64,000 nucleotides of DNA, taken from NCBI GenBank assembly GCA_040954595.2, contig CM082587.2, forward strand, positions 10,545,403 to 10,609,402, in the 5' to 3' direction. This DNA comes from Balanoglossus misakiensis (Eukaryota; Animalia; Hemichordata). This document shows positions 12,952 through 23,943 of the stretch, piece by piece (the stretch's first letter is position 1; the number at the start of each line of letters is the position of its first letter). The notes beneath the pieces were generated by a model. The model did not search any database and had not been told where the DNA came from. It worked only from the letters and a program-made list of their open reading frames with translations. A program made the position numbers and the translations under genes.

Positions 12952-14247
12952 CAACACATTCTGTTTCATATAGGGCACCCTCTCTGCCTGTAGTGTAGCC
13001 AGTTGGGCATGGTTGACAAGCATCCTGGTTGAATTCAAAGTTATATGTTCCAACAGGGCATTTCTCACATCTATAGGACTCCTGATTCAAGTACCAACCA
13101 ACATTGCAGTAAGCTGTTGATGGAATGGAAAAAGAGCATAGAATAAAATTGGAGGACTATCATTATTCTGAACAACTGAGGCACAATAATACAACCTTCA
13201 GTTCAGTACAGTTGAGATACAACATGAAAAGTTGTATACATAATACTTACGAACATTACAATCTTCACTTAAGGTTGAACCGACTGTTCTTGTGGTGAAG
13301 CCAAATGGGCACGGCATACAAGATGGCTGAAGTTCAGCATTTGATCGATAGGTTCCCATGGGACACGACTCACAAGACCCATTGACACTAAGTTGGACTC
13401 CCACTGATTTACATACCTCTGTAATTGAGAAGATTAATTTTTTGATATTCACGATTATCTGCTTTTCACTCACGTGAATTTGTTAAACTGTTGAATATGT
13501 TACATATCTGGCGGTTCTAAAGTAAAAACCTACTCGGAAAAAAGTTTACTGGATGCCGAAATATTGCTTGCCTGTCACTTACAAATGATAACGCCATGGG
13601 TACGTCACATGGCCAGATCATGTGATTGATAGTCAAGAATAGCAAATAACACAAGTACCTACCCTGACATTGTGACTCATCAGTAGCTCCTTCAACTAAT
13701 GTAAGCATTCCCTTTGGGCAAGTATTACACACAAACTTTCCTTCTTCTGATTGCCAGAATCCAATGGGGCAGCTTTGGCACTGAGAAGTCCCGTTGTCAA
13801 AGTAGTGACCAACATCGCACCTCTCTGCAATAGACATCATTGTTGAAAAATTATTTTTTCAACCAAAGAGATGAACATTCCAATTGTCATTCTTTCCATA
13901 TTGGATCACACCACAATAATTTGATATATACGTCACAATTCCCGGCAAGGGGTATGGGGTTTTATCGGGCCAGTGGCATGAGTGAGGCTAGACGCTAGTT
14001 TTGGAAGCAAAGCGGACAAAATACGGCTAGATACTAGGCTATGGCTGTGGACGAGGAGGAGATATTGCCTTCTGTTATACATACCAAAACACTGCAAGAT
14101 GGATAATGATCTCTTTCCCCTGGTGACTCCCTTATTTGGACAGGCATTGCATGCTGTTTGTCCTTCAAGGGGTTGATAATATCCAATTGCACAAGGATGG
14201 CACTGACTCAGCTCAGTGTCATGGTACGACCCTTCAGGACACAATAC
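12952..14247 (-). CDS. Four GCC2/GCC3 (ephrin-receptor-like Cys-rich) repeat exons
   Basis: CPEGSYHD..CHPCAIGYYQPLEGQTACNACP; CDVGHYFD..CQSCPIGFWQ; CESCPMGTY; CNVGWYLN..CEKCPVGTY, with GT-AG edges. Confidence 0.88.
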
Positions 14248-14841
14248 TGTGGAAATACAAAATGTTGAAGGCAGATGTATACATTGTTCATGTACTGATC
14301 ATTATGCATTAATGGTTTAAAACACAACTACAATTGTAACACACAGCATTCATTTTGGCCAGTTTTTCACTCTTGTGTCTACAAGTGGGATGGCAGTTGT
14401 GTGTGGTTGAATGTTGATTCACTATATATCCACATGTAGAATAACATTAACTGTGTCTTCTATCAAACATAATTAATGGAAAAAGGGCAGCGAGAAAGAG
14501 ACTTTGTCCCTCCTTGGTATGAGCATATCAAATCAATTATTTCCTTATATCACCTCTTGGTTGGGTTGTATTTACCACTCACACTTGTCTTTGATTTGTA
14601 CACTGCGACTCACAACCACACTCGCAGCAATACGGCCCACCTAACAGGTCATATCAGGTGATATAAACATATTAACATCTACACCTTTTTATAATATTAA
14701 TTTTGGACACAGTTTTAATCCTTTCACCACCATGGTTCAGTCCAAACCAATTGTTTTCTATGGTAAGGTTTGACCTCTATAGAGGAAACTGGGAGTGAAA
14801 GGGTTAAAGTACATAATAACTGAGGAGAAATAGGCACTCAC

Positions 14842-15812
14842 CACATTCTTCTCCAACAAGAACACTACCATTGGAACAGAATATTGTACTTTCAACTTGT
14901 AATGTCTCAGCGTCGACTGAATATTCAGCTGTATCAAAAGTACCATTCTTGACTGCATCTTCAATAACTACAGCTGCAGCATCAGCAGAGCTAATGGATA
15001 AAACAACAGGCAAAAAATTCTTACATATGCCACATTACAATACCAACCAGAAGTGTGTACTGTAAACTGGGTTGTTTTCACGACAGGAAATTTTCGCGAT
15101 ATTAAAAGAGGCAACTGTTACGTGAGGACGAATTTTTGAGTTCTCGTATTTCACTAACTGCATCATTATCTCCAAAAACATTTTACACAACTTTTTATTT
15201 TAACGTTTTTTTGACCAGCGCATGTTTTGCAGAAATTTACTGCTCGCGAAAATAACATGTTTTGCAGTATATTTCGAATGCATGAATCTTTAGAATACAG
15301 GATGCCGCAACATGAAGGAAGGTGGGCAGAAATGATGGGGTTGCCAAAAACTGAAAATGTTTGAGTGTTAAGACACAAAATAATTTGTTTTCACTTGCAT
15401 GAATGGAATATTTTGCAATAATGCAAACACCAGCTGTATAGGGAATACAGAGCTGGTCCTCACACAGCCTGGGATCAGTACCCTAGACATGTCACCAAAG
15501 TCATTTCAATAGAACAGAAGGGGAATAAAATACTCGAAAAATAACAATTACTACTCACGCATTGGTTGTGAAACTGAACTGAACCACAAGCTGAGTATCA
15601 GCCTGTCTCTTTCTTCGGTTTGAGGCGCCGCAGGTTATTTGAAGGTCATCAAAGTTGCATTCACCGCCACAAATACCAAACAAATCATTCAGATAGTTGA
15701 TAGTGTTCATAAAACTGATCCTCAATTGCTGGATGACACCATTGTTACATGTACCAGCCTGTGAATTGTATGACACGCCACAATTCACTCCACGTTGAGT
15801 CTTCCCAGGAGC
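14842..15812 (-). CDS. SEA-like region exons (~15559-15812, ~14842-14990) with RRKR basic site
   Basis: ..CGGECNFDDLQITCGASNRRKRQADTQLVVQFSF..; ..AVVIEDAVKNGTFD..STIFCSNGSVLVGEEC. Confidence 0.7.
15058..15269. mobile_element. MITE family with TA|CTGTAAAA...TTTTACAG|TA ends (Tc1/mariner-pogo-like); other copies 19525-19718, 23696-23890, 26678-26886, ~42752-42920, 43511-43709, 45758-45966, ~58990-59093, ~62850-62997
   Basis: Shared ~200-bp core (GGAAATTTTCGCGATATCAAAAGAGGCAACTGTTACG) and terminal inverted repeats with TA flanks. Confidence 0.85.
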
Positions 15813-16190
15813 TGCAGTAGAACAATACAAACAAACAAATCTAGCGAACGATGTATTGACTTAGACTGCGAAACCGCTTAGCCAATCAGGAAAGTTACAG
15901 CTGCTTACCCAGAACAAAATATTAAGAAAATAGCTCAAATGTACTGGAGCTTTATATTGGGGTAAGCAGATATGATGTTAACAAATTATCTACCTGTAAT
16001 CACAACCTTGACATACTGTAAAGCAAGAATTTGCATTACTCATATTTCTCTTTTCATTTATAACTAAAAGAAAATTGTCTCAATGCTGGAATACCCCCTC
16101 TCACAACTCTCTCTCTTTGGAGAATTTTCTGAATGTGCATGTGCAACCTGATTATATTTCTTTACTGATACCAAATCATTTTTTTCTCAC

Positions 16191-18818
16191 CTGAACATCC
16201 AGGGAAGGTGAATTCCTCGTCTGGATTCTCAGGATTAATAGAATCCCACACCCCCAATGGTCTGAGATGAAATGTCTCACACGAGTTGGAGAATTTCTGT
16301 CTCACACGAGCCGAAGGCGAGTGTGAGACAGAAATTCTCCAACGAGTGTGAGACATTTCATCTCAGACCATTGGTGTGTGGGATTCTTTTTCTCACGTTC
16401 CTCCGATAATTGCAGAAATTTGTCTTTTTATGAACATTATTATACAATAATCAAAACCCATCAGCATCAACCACCTTCGATCAGTATCATTCCGCCCAGA
16501 AAATGTAGTTCCTACCATACACATCCATACGTTTTTATACACCAAGACATTTGTGACTGTAACATTGCAAAGATTTATTTACACAGATTTCTCATATAAA
16601 TCTGCATCATAGTGAGTTACAATTCAAAACAGCAACCACATAAACAACAAATTGTTTTTAAAAATCAGAACAAGTAGATGTGTACCCGTTTGACAAGGTG
16701 CAATTGTCTTTCAAACACATTTGAATAAACGAAGTTTGACTTTCAATTCAAAGTTTATCAAATAAAACAAGCCATTTTATAAAATTTGTCATTAAAATTC
16801 TAGTAGTGATGAATGTTATGTTCACATGTTTTGATACACCTGGTCAAAACATTTAAATATTTTCCTGACTGCTTTCAGAATCTGAATATATCACCCTTGG
16901 TCGTTTTTTGGAAGGTGGCCCAGTATCACTTTGGAAGTGCACTTGCACATTAAAATTACCACCTGAGACATGACAATTTTGGAAGATTGCAGATGACCCC
17001 AGAACATGGGATGCTTCCAATTTCTGTGTGTGCTTTGTTTCCTGATATTGCTGTGTCATATAGTTATTAGATGAGCCAGCAACAGCAGTAGGAAAGTAGT
17101 TTTGTGTCACATCTGTTTTCGTTGTCTCACTCAAAATGTGCGACATAGCATACTGTTGGTTATCTGAGAGTTTGCAATAGTTATTTATGGACTGGACATT
17201 TTTATGTGCACTCTTTTGCATTGTATGTGTTGGTGGGACCATGTTATCATTCAACTTTTGCAACAAGTACTTTCTAGCACTGGTATTAGTGAGTTTCTTG
17301 CCTAGTTCAGTTAGGCCACTCTCTGTTGACATGTTTTTCATGATGTTTGCAATAGTATTTGGACCCATGGGATAGCGTTTGAACCATGTCTTTTCAGATG
17401 GTTTTGGGTTGGCATCCTTGATGCCCAAATAGAAAGGGGTTTCTGGATCATTGAAATCAGTGGGTCGCAGAGATTTGTATAATTTATACAATGTTACTGG
17501 ACATCGCTCTGTGTTTGACGGAAACGCGTACATCTGCGGTTTGACGGGACGTACATCGTTGACATTTTCACCAGTTCTTGTTTTTGTTTAGTGTTCCCGA
17601 GACATTTCCAGGTATTCTCGCCCATGGTCATCACGTTTCAGCTGAATATCACCCCAGCAGAGGGACCGGTGTTCTTTTATGGCTCGCATGCCAAAATGCA
17701 GCATATTATTAAACCATAGAGTGTTAATAATGGACCGTGGGCTATGGCTTCCAAGCTGTCTCGTCGCATACAAATGATTGACGTTGTCATCACTCAGGGT
17801 TTCTGCCTTGTTAGGGAGGTTGCCTTTACCTTGTTTCCGCAAGTCTTTCTGTTTGGCCTTCAGTTGCTCCCGCGCCGAGAAAAATTCAGGGCCGTTGGTT
17901 AGAGATACACCATATTTCTTCCAGCGCAGATGTCGCTCAACACTACTGAACAAACCTCGCAAGTAGGATGGCTCATATTCAGATCCATCTTCCTTACGTA
18001 CGACGCAAAGAAACTTCCCAACTAACGGGTCCAGTTCGATAGGTGGTATATCACAAACGTCTCTGTGTTCACCATTTTCGACCAGAAACTGCTTCAACAG
18101 AGCGATGTGACTGTTTGTTTTTCGGACGGTCTCTTGATTTTGTTGTTCGGCAACAAACTTCTCCAGGTCGACGTTGGATAACGTAACGAAACGGCTCTGG
18201 CGGTCATTATTCGCGTCACTGTTGACGGCTGCAGCTGGTTCGGTCATGACGATGTCGAAATCTTTCGTTATCTGAATTGACGATAGTGTCAGTTCTTCAC
18301 CGGAAATATTATCGACGAGCGTAAACAGCCGATATGTTCCTAAAGGTCTAAATTCGCCCGTTACAACAAATATGCGGTTATTCTTCAAGTATTTGTCGCC
18401 GACGCTAACCATACTCGGAACCCGGAAATCCAAAAACCTTATCACTTTGCGATACAGTCGTCTGCCTGTTGTAGTTCCGGTTGTATATTACGCGACATTC
18501 TATTCGTCAAATATTACACATATGTATTAGAAGCGTGTCCAAATTGACCAATCAGCGCTCGCCCTATTAAAAGATTCTTTGTTCGCGCAATAATACAGAG
18601 TGTGAGAACAATTTGTTCTCACACTCTGTTCTCACACTCCCAGCGTGCGTAGAACGTGAGAATAAAATATCCTTCACTATGGCAGAGATAGTAAGGTGCT
18701 GGCAGGCTTGCAAACTTGTATCCTGGTAAACAATCCACCTGACAGAACACACCCGACTCAAACTCATTACAGATGGAAATACCTTTAACTGGTGGTGCTG
18801 GCTTTTCACAATCAAATG
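16191..18818 (-). CDS. Sushi/CCP exon split by the Crypton insertion (18666-18818 + 16191-16238)
   Basis: DCEKPAPPVKGISICNEFESGVFCQVDCLPGYKFASLPAPYYLCHSEGYF|NPENPDEEFTFPGCS rejoins in frame when the element is removed. Confidence 0.85.
16236..18665 (-). mobile_element. Crypton-type tyrosine-recombinase DNA transposon (DUF3504/KIAA1958-like)
   Basis: YR ORF; ~148-bp terminal hairpin 16240-16387; short shared core (TAA) at both junctions; no TIR/TSD of DDE type. Confidence 0.88.
16853..18445 (-). CDS. Crypton tyrosine recombinase, one in-frame nonsense codon (TAA at 17588-17590, probably from CAA)
   Basis: Two ORFs in the same frame; motifs VRKEDGSEYEP, FGMR, H*TKTRTG, RCPV, TNTSARK, SAHKN, SINNY match the YR R-K-HxxR-H-Y layout. 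Confidence 0.88.
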
Positions 18819-19317
18819 CTGTAAAAGAAAGGAGAACACAGTTTATTTGTCTATATATTTTTAATTTTATTTCATCTATCATCCAACAGGCAAATACTAC
18901 CCAAATGTCTGTGTCTCATATATCATCCAACAGGCAAATACTACCCAAATGTCCAGGTCTAGGTAACGAACCCACAACCCTAGCCACTAGGGCACAATGC
19001 CTCTTTTACCAGGTTCACACAGGGTAAAATTTGAGACACTATTTGCCAGTGCTAACCACAGAGCATTAATCCTTTGAGTCATGTTGTGTCCACACACACA
19101 AAGTTTATGTATGGGCGCTGAGGCTCGGCCCCATAGACAATGGGTTGCGGAGAGGTGTTAATCCTTACACCGGCTCAGGTCTGGCTGGCAGAGCCGTCTC
19201 AAATCTGAGACGTTTCAGGACCACTTACACCGTCCACACATGTTTTTTTAAGACAGTATCAATTCTGAGATGCTTCAGAACTGTCTTAATGGTGTATGTG
19301 TGACACCCATATTTATT

Positions 19318-19447
19318 ACACAGTCAAATCTTTTAAACAGAACACCAACACATTAACATGTTTCTATGTAAACGGGACTAGGAAAAGCTGTTGGTTGAAG
19401 AGAGGTTTCCCGATTAGACAGGGTTTGTTTTAGACGGGTTTGAGTGT
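19318..19447. mobile_element. Short MITE (CAGT(C/A)AAA.. ends); related copy 35698-35886
   Basis: TACAGTAAAAATTGTCTTAAC...TTTAGACAGGTTTTACTGTA in the 35.7-kb copy, similar internal sequence. Confidence 0.6.
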
Positions 19448-19813
19448 CCTTGTATGTTCTGAATGATGTTGTTATAATTTTTGATAGTTACATAGGGACA
19501 AAAGTGATAATGATGCAATCATATTACTGTAAAACGGCAAATTTTCCCAAACTTCGGCAAAAAAGAAGAAGTAAATAAAGTCGCATAAAATGTTTTTCAG
19601 AGATACCAGAGTAGTTAGTAAAATACTAGAATGCGGAAATTTAATTCTCGTGTCACAGTTGCCTCTTTTGATATATTGCAAAATATTTTCTGTCACGAAA
19701 ATGTCCCGTTTTACAGTATGTGACAAGACATAACAAGGGGTAGAGATGACAATTTGTCAAGATATTAATTAATTTGTAAAGTTTATGTATGAATGATAAA
19801 AAAATTCACTCAC

Positions 19814-20754
19814 GCAGTACATAGAGTAAAAAGTTGCACTGTGCATTGTTGCCAGCTGTATCTGAAGCAACATAGCTGATCTGGTAAGTTCCCCAGGAAA
19901 AGGTGTCACCTGTAAGAACAAAATTATGCACATCATTACAGGCATGGGTGCTAAAGCCAAAATAGCTTCCGTTTCTTGAATGTTTTTCATGATTTTCTTT
20001 TCAAACTTAGAATGGTCCATTTAAGTGAGCTATCTGGTGGGTATACACAGGCATATTATCAACTCCTGATTGTGACTGTACATATAAACATGAACAAGAT
20101 ATGTATACTAAACAGATATGGTGCCGCACACGTTTATTCAACTGCCCATTGTAAGAGAACACAACATTTGTGGTATGGGTATCCCCAGTAGTAGTGGAGA
20201 ATATTAAGTACTTTACTGATTAAAGGCCTTGCTCAACAGTTGGTCAAATCGTTTGTTTCCAATAAACAATTACGTGCAAACACAAATGCTTTCGAGTTTT
20301 AACTTCATTGTACTGCCTTGGGATCGAGGAAAGGGCCTATAAACATATGGTAATAGTATCAGCAATTGAGGCTTTAATACTTGGAAGCAAGATCATCTGT
20401 CGCACATAGGATGTGCTAGCCATATATGAGTAACGGCCACAAGAATAAACTGTACCAGTATGCTTCATACTGACCATAATCTTAGGAAAGTTGTCTCAGC
20501 TTGTTGGTTTCTGTTTAGATCAACTCCCCACCCCACCCCGATAAAAAAAACTTAGTTAGTGTGAATGTTATATATTATCTATAATCAGAAATGATATTTT
20601 ATAGGAAACTTACCCATTGTGTAGGTTTGTGTCACATTGGCAATGGCGACATCATCTGTAAATATAGGCTCCTGCCATACTCCTGTTGTCAAGCTATTAG
20701 GACTAATTATACGGGTCGTATTGGGACAGTAAATGACTTCAGGAGTGTGTTTAT
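19814..20754 (-). CDS. HYR domain split over two exons (~20614-20754, ~19814-19909)
   Basis: DKHTPEVIYCPNTTRII..VWQEPIFTDDVAIANVTQTYTM|GDTFSWGTYQISYVASDTAGNNAQCNFLLYV. Confidence 0.85.
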
Positions 20755-21053
20755 CTGAAGAAAAAAAAGTGAAAGAATAACAAATGTTTGTAAATTAAAC
20801 AACTGGTCCACACCCCCTATGCATACACTGGTACATTTAGGTAAATGCACTACTAGATGTTAATATCTGTCACATATTCATGAGAAATCCAGATATTGTT
20901 AAGTGCTTGTTTTCTGATACATGTGAATAGACTAGATCACTGTCAAGAAACACTACAAGATAGGACAGGAGTCATGAGATGGTATCCATAGGCATAATAA
21001 CTGATATGATCAATTACACTCATGATAAGCCTAGTTCTTGGAACAGCAGAAAC

Positions 21054-21151
21054 TGATGATGATGATGGTGATGATGATGACGATGATGATGATGGTGGTG
21101 GTGGTGGTGGTGGTGATGATGATTATGATGATGATGATGGTGATGGTGGTT
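21054..21151. repeat. Intronic (GAT/GGT)n microsatellite
   Basis: Direct reading; source of the poly-His ORF. Confidence 0.9.
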
Positions 21152-21491
21152 GTGAATAGTATCATTACATTCAGTGTTAAATACATCTACGGTAGAAACA
21201 AAAAGAGTGAGCGATACAGGCATGGGCAGATGATGATTCCCTATACTTCCTAAAGTAGGAAGATTGCAGGCTGTGTGATTGGAGTACAACACACAGCAGC
21301 TAGGGGCTGGTGAATGTACACAGGAAAAACTACTCAAAATTTCACACAGTTTTCCCTGGACAGACACAACATTACAAGGAGAGCTGTGTTAAAGTAAGGA
21401 TTTAGGATTAATCAACTCTGTGAATATGACCCAATTTCTCCTCGTCAGATTATGCATAAAATTGTTTGATAGTAATGAATAAGGCTATTTA

Positions 21492-23023
21492 CCAACAGGT
21501 GTGCATGGTGAACCAGAGTAACCAATTGGGCACCTGGTACTTCCACAAGCTGATGGCTGGATTTTGACCACACTACCCAATAACTCTTGATCCATTTCAA
21601 CCCACATGACATGATTGCCAAGTGGATTTTGTGAACAGTTCAAAGCCAGACTCTGGATTTCAACAGGAGTCAATACATAATCGTATACATTCATCTGTGT
21701 AACATCACCATGGAAGCTAAAGTAGTTGTCAAGGAGTCCATTTTCGTCATAGCTTTGACCAAGAATTACCATACAGCTGTTGAAAAACAAGAGAATAATG
21801 AATTCATTAAAAGTGCTGGTAAGAAGTTGTCAAAAATAAACTGTGAAAATCAGTATCGTTCCGCATAAGTTTGAATTTGAAAGTGCCACGAAGATAGCTT
21901 TGCTGATGTCCATAGTTTGCTCCCTTGAATTTTTTGGCCTGTTTTGTTGTAAGTCGCAACATGTTATGATGATATTGTATTGTCATGTAGGAGTAAGACA
22001 AGCTACCTAGCAGATAAGTTATAAACAAGATAACTGCTTCACAAATAAATGGTTCACTTCTCTTGAGGCTTGGGAAAACTTGACAGTATAGGAAAATATA
22101 GAATTTTAACATGTGATGATGACAATTTTCAATGGCTTTGTAGGAGTTAAAAATGTTCGGAGTTCCACTAGCAACTTACAATACTTTTCTGAGTCAGCGA
22201 TACCTGTCCAGGATGGAAGGGGTGATGTTACTGCAACACCATTCAAGTAAACTGCCACAATGCCTTCTTCAATTACCATGACAACATTATGCCACGAGTT
22301 GTCATCAACTGATACGGTTACACCATTTGTACTGACAGATAGACTTCTGTCCAGGACAAGAAGGGTACTATCAACTTGGGTTAAGCTGCCAAGAAATTCA
22401 AAACAGAGATTAGACATAAATCGGTGCATCAGCTGTTACTTTTGGGAAATTATCACACTTTTTTCAAACTGCACCACCTTTAGCCCATACAGAAGTATGC
22501 ACTGAACTATGTACAAGTATTATGAACCCTAAGTATGAGTGCATATGCAAGTTTAAACCAGACAAATAATAAATCTTTGCCGCAAAGGAATATGGTCGCC
22601 ACCGTGAGAAAATGCAAAATACAATGAGAAAACGTTGCATTTCCCACTTTGAAATTCCTAAACAAAGCATTATCTCATCCACTAGAACACATGGAAGTAA
22701 ATGAACTCCCGAGACATTATATTTCATTTCATTGTAATATTTATTTTTTTAGTGCAGGAACTTTCAACTGTACTGATTGGCCTGGCCACAACGGGAGGTT
22801 GAACTTCTGATTTTAATCAGATTGGTTGCAGACTAGAAAGAATAACATAAAGAGTACCTTGATCCTTGCAATGCTATGGTAAGATAGACACCTGGTGTTG
22901 ATTTATCAGTGGTGCTATATCTGACCCACAGTGATACACTGAAGTCTTGACTGCAATTAAATGTTGGTGAGACAACCATTGAGTCAGCTCCATCGAAGAA
23001 GAGATCATAATTGGATGACTTTT
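21492..23023 (-). CDS. Pentraxin/LamG domain, three exons, plus short EGF-like tail
   Basis: YDLFFDG..DFSVSLWVRY; VDDNSWHNVVMV..VYLNG; VILGQSYD..FHGDVTQMNVYDYVLTPVEI..NCS..GNHVMW. Confidence 0.88.
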
Positions 23024-23943
23024 CTGTTAGAAATATAAAAGCAAACATAACAGAACATTAGACTAAGCTTTACAACCAAAACATGTGCAGCTTATTATTA
23101 CTTGTTTGTACTGGAATGGTATGTACTATGTACTTTCATCTATAGAATATTATCAGTTCTATAAAACTGTACTTCAAGCTAAAATGAAAATACTAACATA
23201 TGAGTTTGTTTCCTGGATGGCTTGCTGGCTAACTGGTGTAGTGTTTGATTGATATTTACATTCGCTAGTTCTTTGCTTTCCTATTCTCAAATATTCACCT
23301 CATATGCACATAGAAAATCATGTCCTTTCTCAAGCCAATCTAAGCACTCGTTACAGAAGACATAATGCACCTGTCAGAACACATAGCAAAAAGCGTTAAG
23401 TTAGCTGCTTTTAGATTGGTTACTTTTGAAAAAACACATTCAACATTTTCAATGGAGTAGATTCAGATGTACATGTAGTGAGGCGTACATCCGAGAACAG
23501 AACAGCAAAGAACCAGCAAATGTAATGAAAGATCCAAGCCTCTATACATCTGATTGTGCAGCAAGCCTGCTTGCTTATTTATATAATACATTCAATGATT
23601 GGTAAATTGATCGACAGATTTCTGAGAAAGAAGAATACAGGTAAATGAAATTCAGGCTGTAAAAAGTAATATGCATGGTATAGCATGGAAATAAATACTG
23701 GAAAATGGGAAATTTTCGCGACAGGGAATTTTCGCGATATCAAAAGGGGCAACTGTTACACAACGATTAAGTTTCGTGTTCGTGTATTTCACTGCATTGT
23801 TATCTCCGAAATTTTTTTTACGCGACGTTTTATTTGCATGTTATTTTGGCTCTCGCGTAGTTTGCGGCAAAAATTTCCCATTTTACAGTAAACATTACTA
23901 AAGAAACCAAGAATAGGATCACAAATGGTCAGCACACAGTTAC

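Noticed and set aside
16162-16356. ORF suggesting host exon ..LGVWDSINPENP
   Set aside because: Its N-terminal part is the Crypton hairpin arm; the true exon continues from 18666
21020-21367. Poly-His protein ORF
   Set aside because: Translation of an intronic (GAT/GGT)n microsatellite
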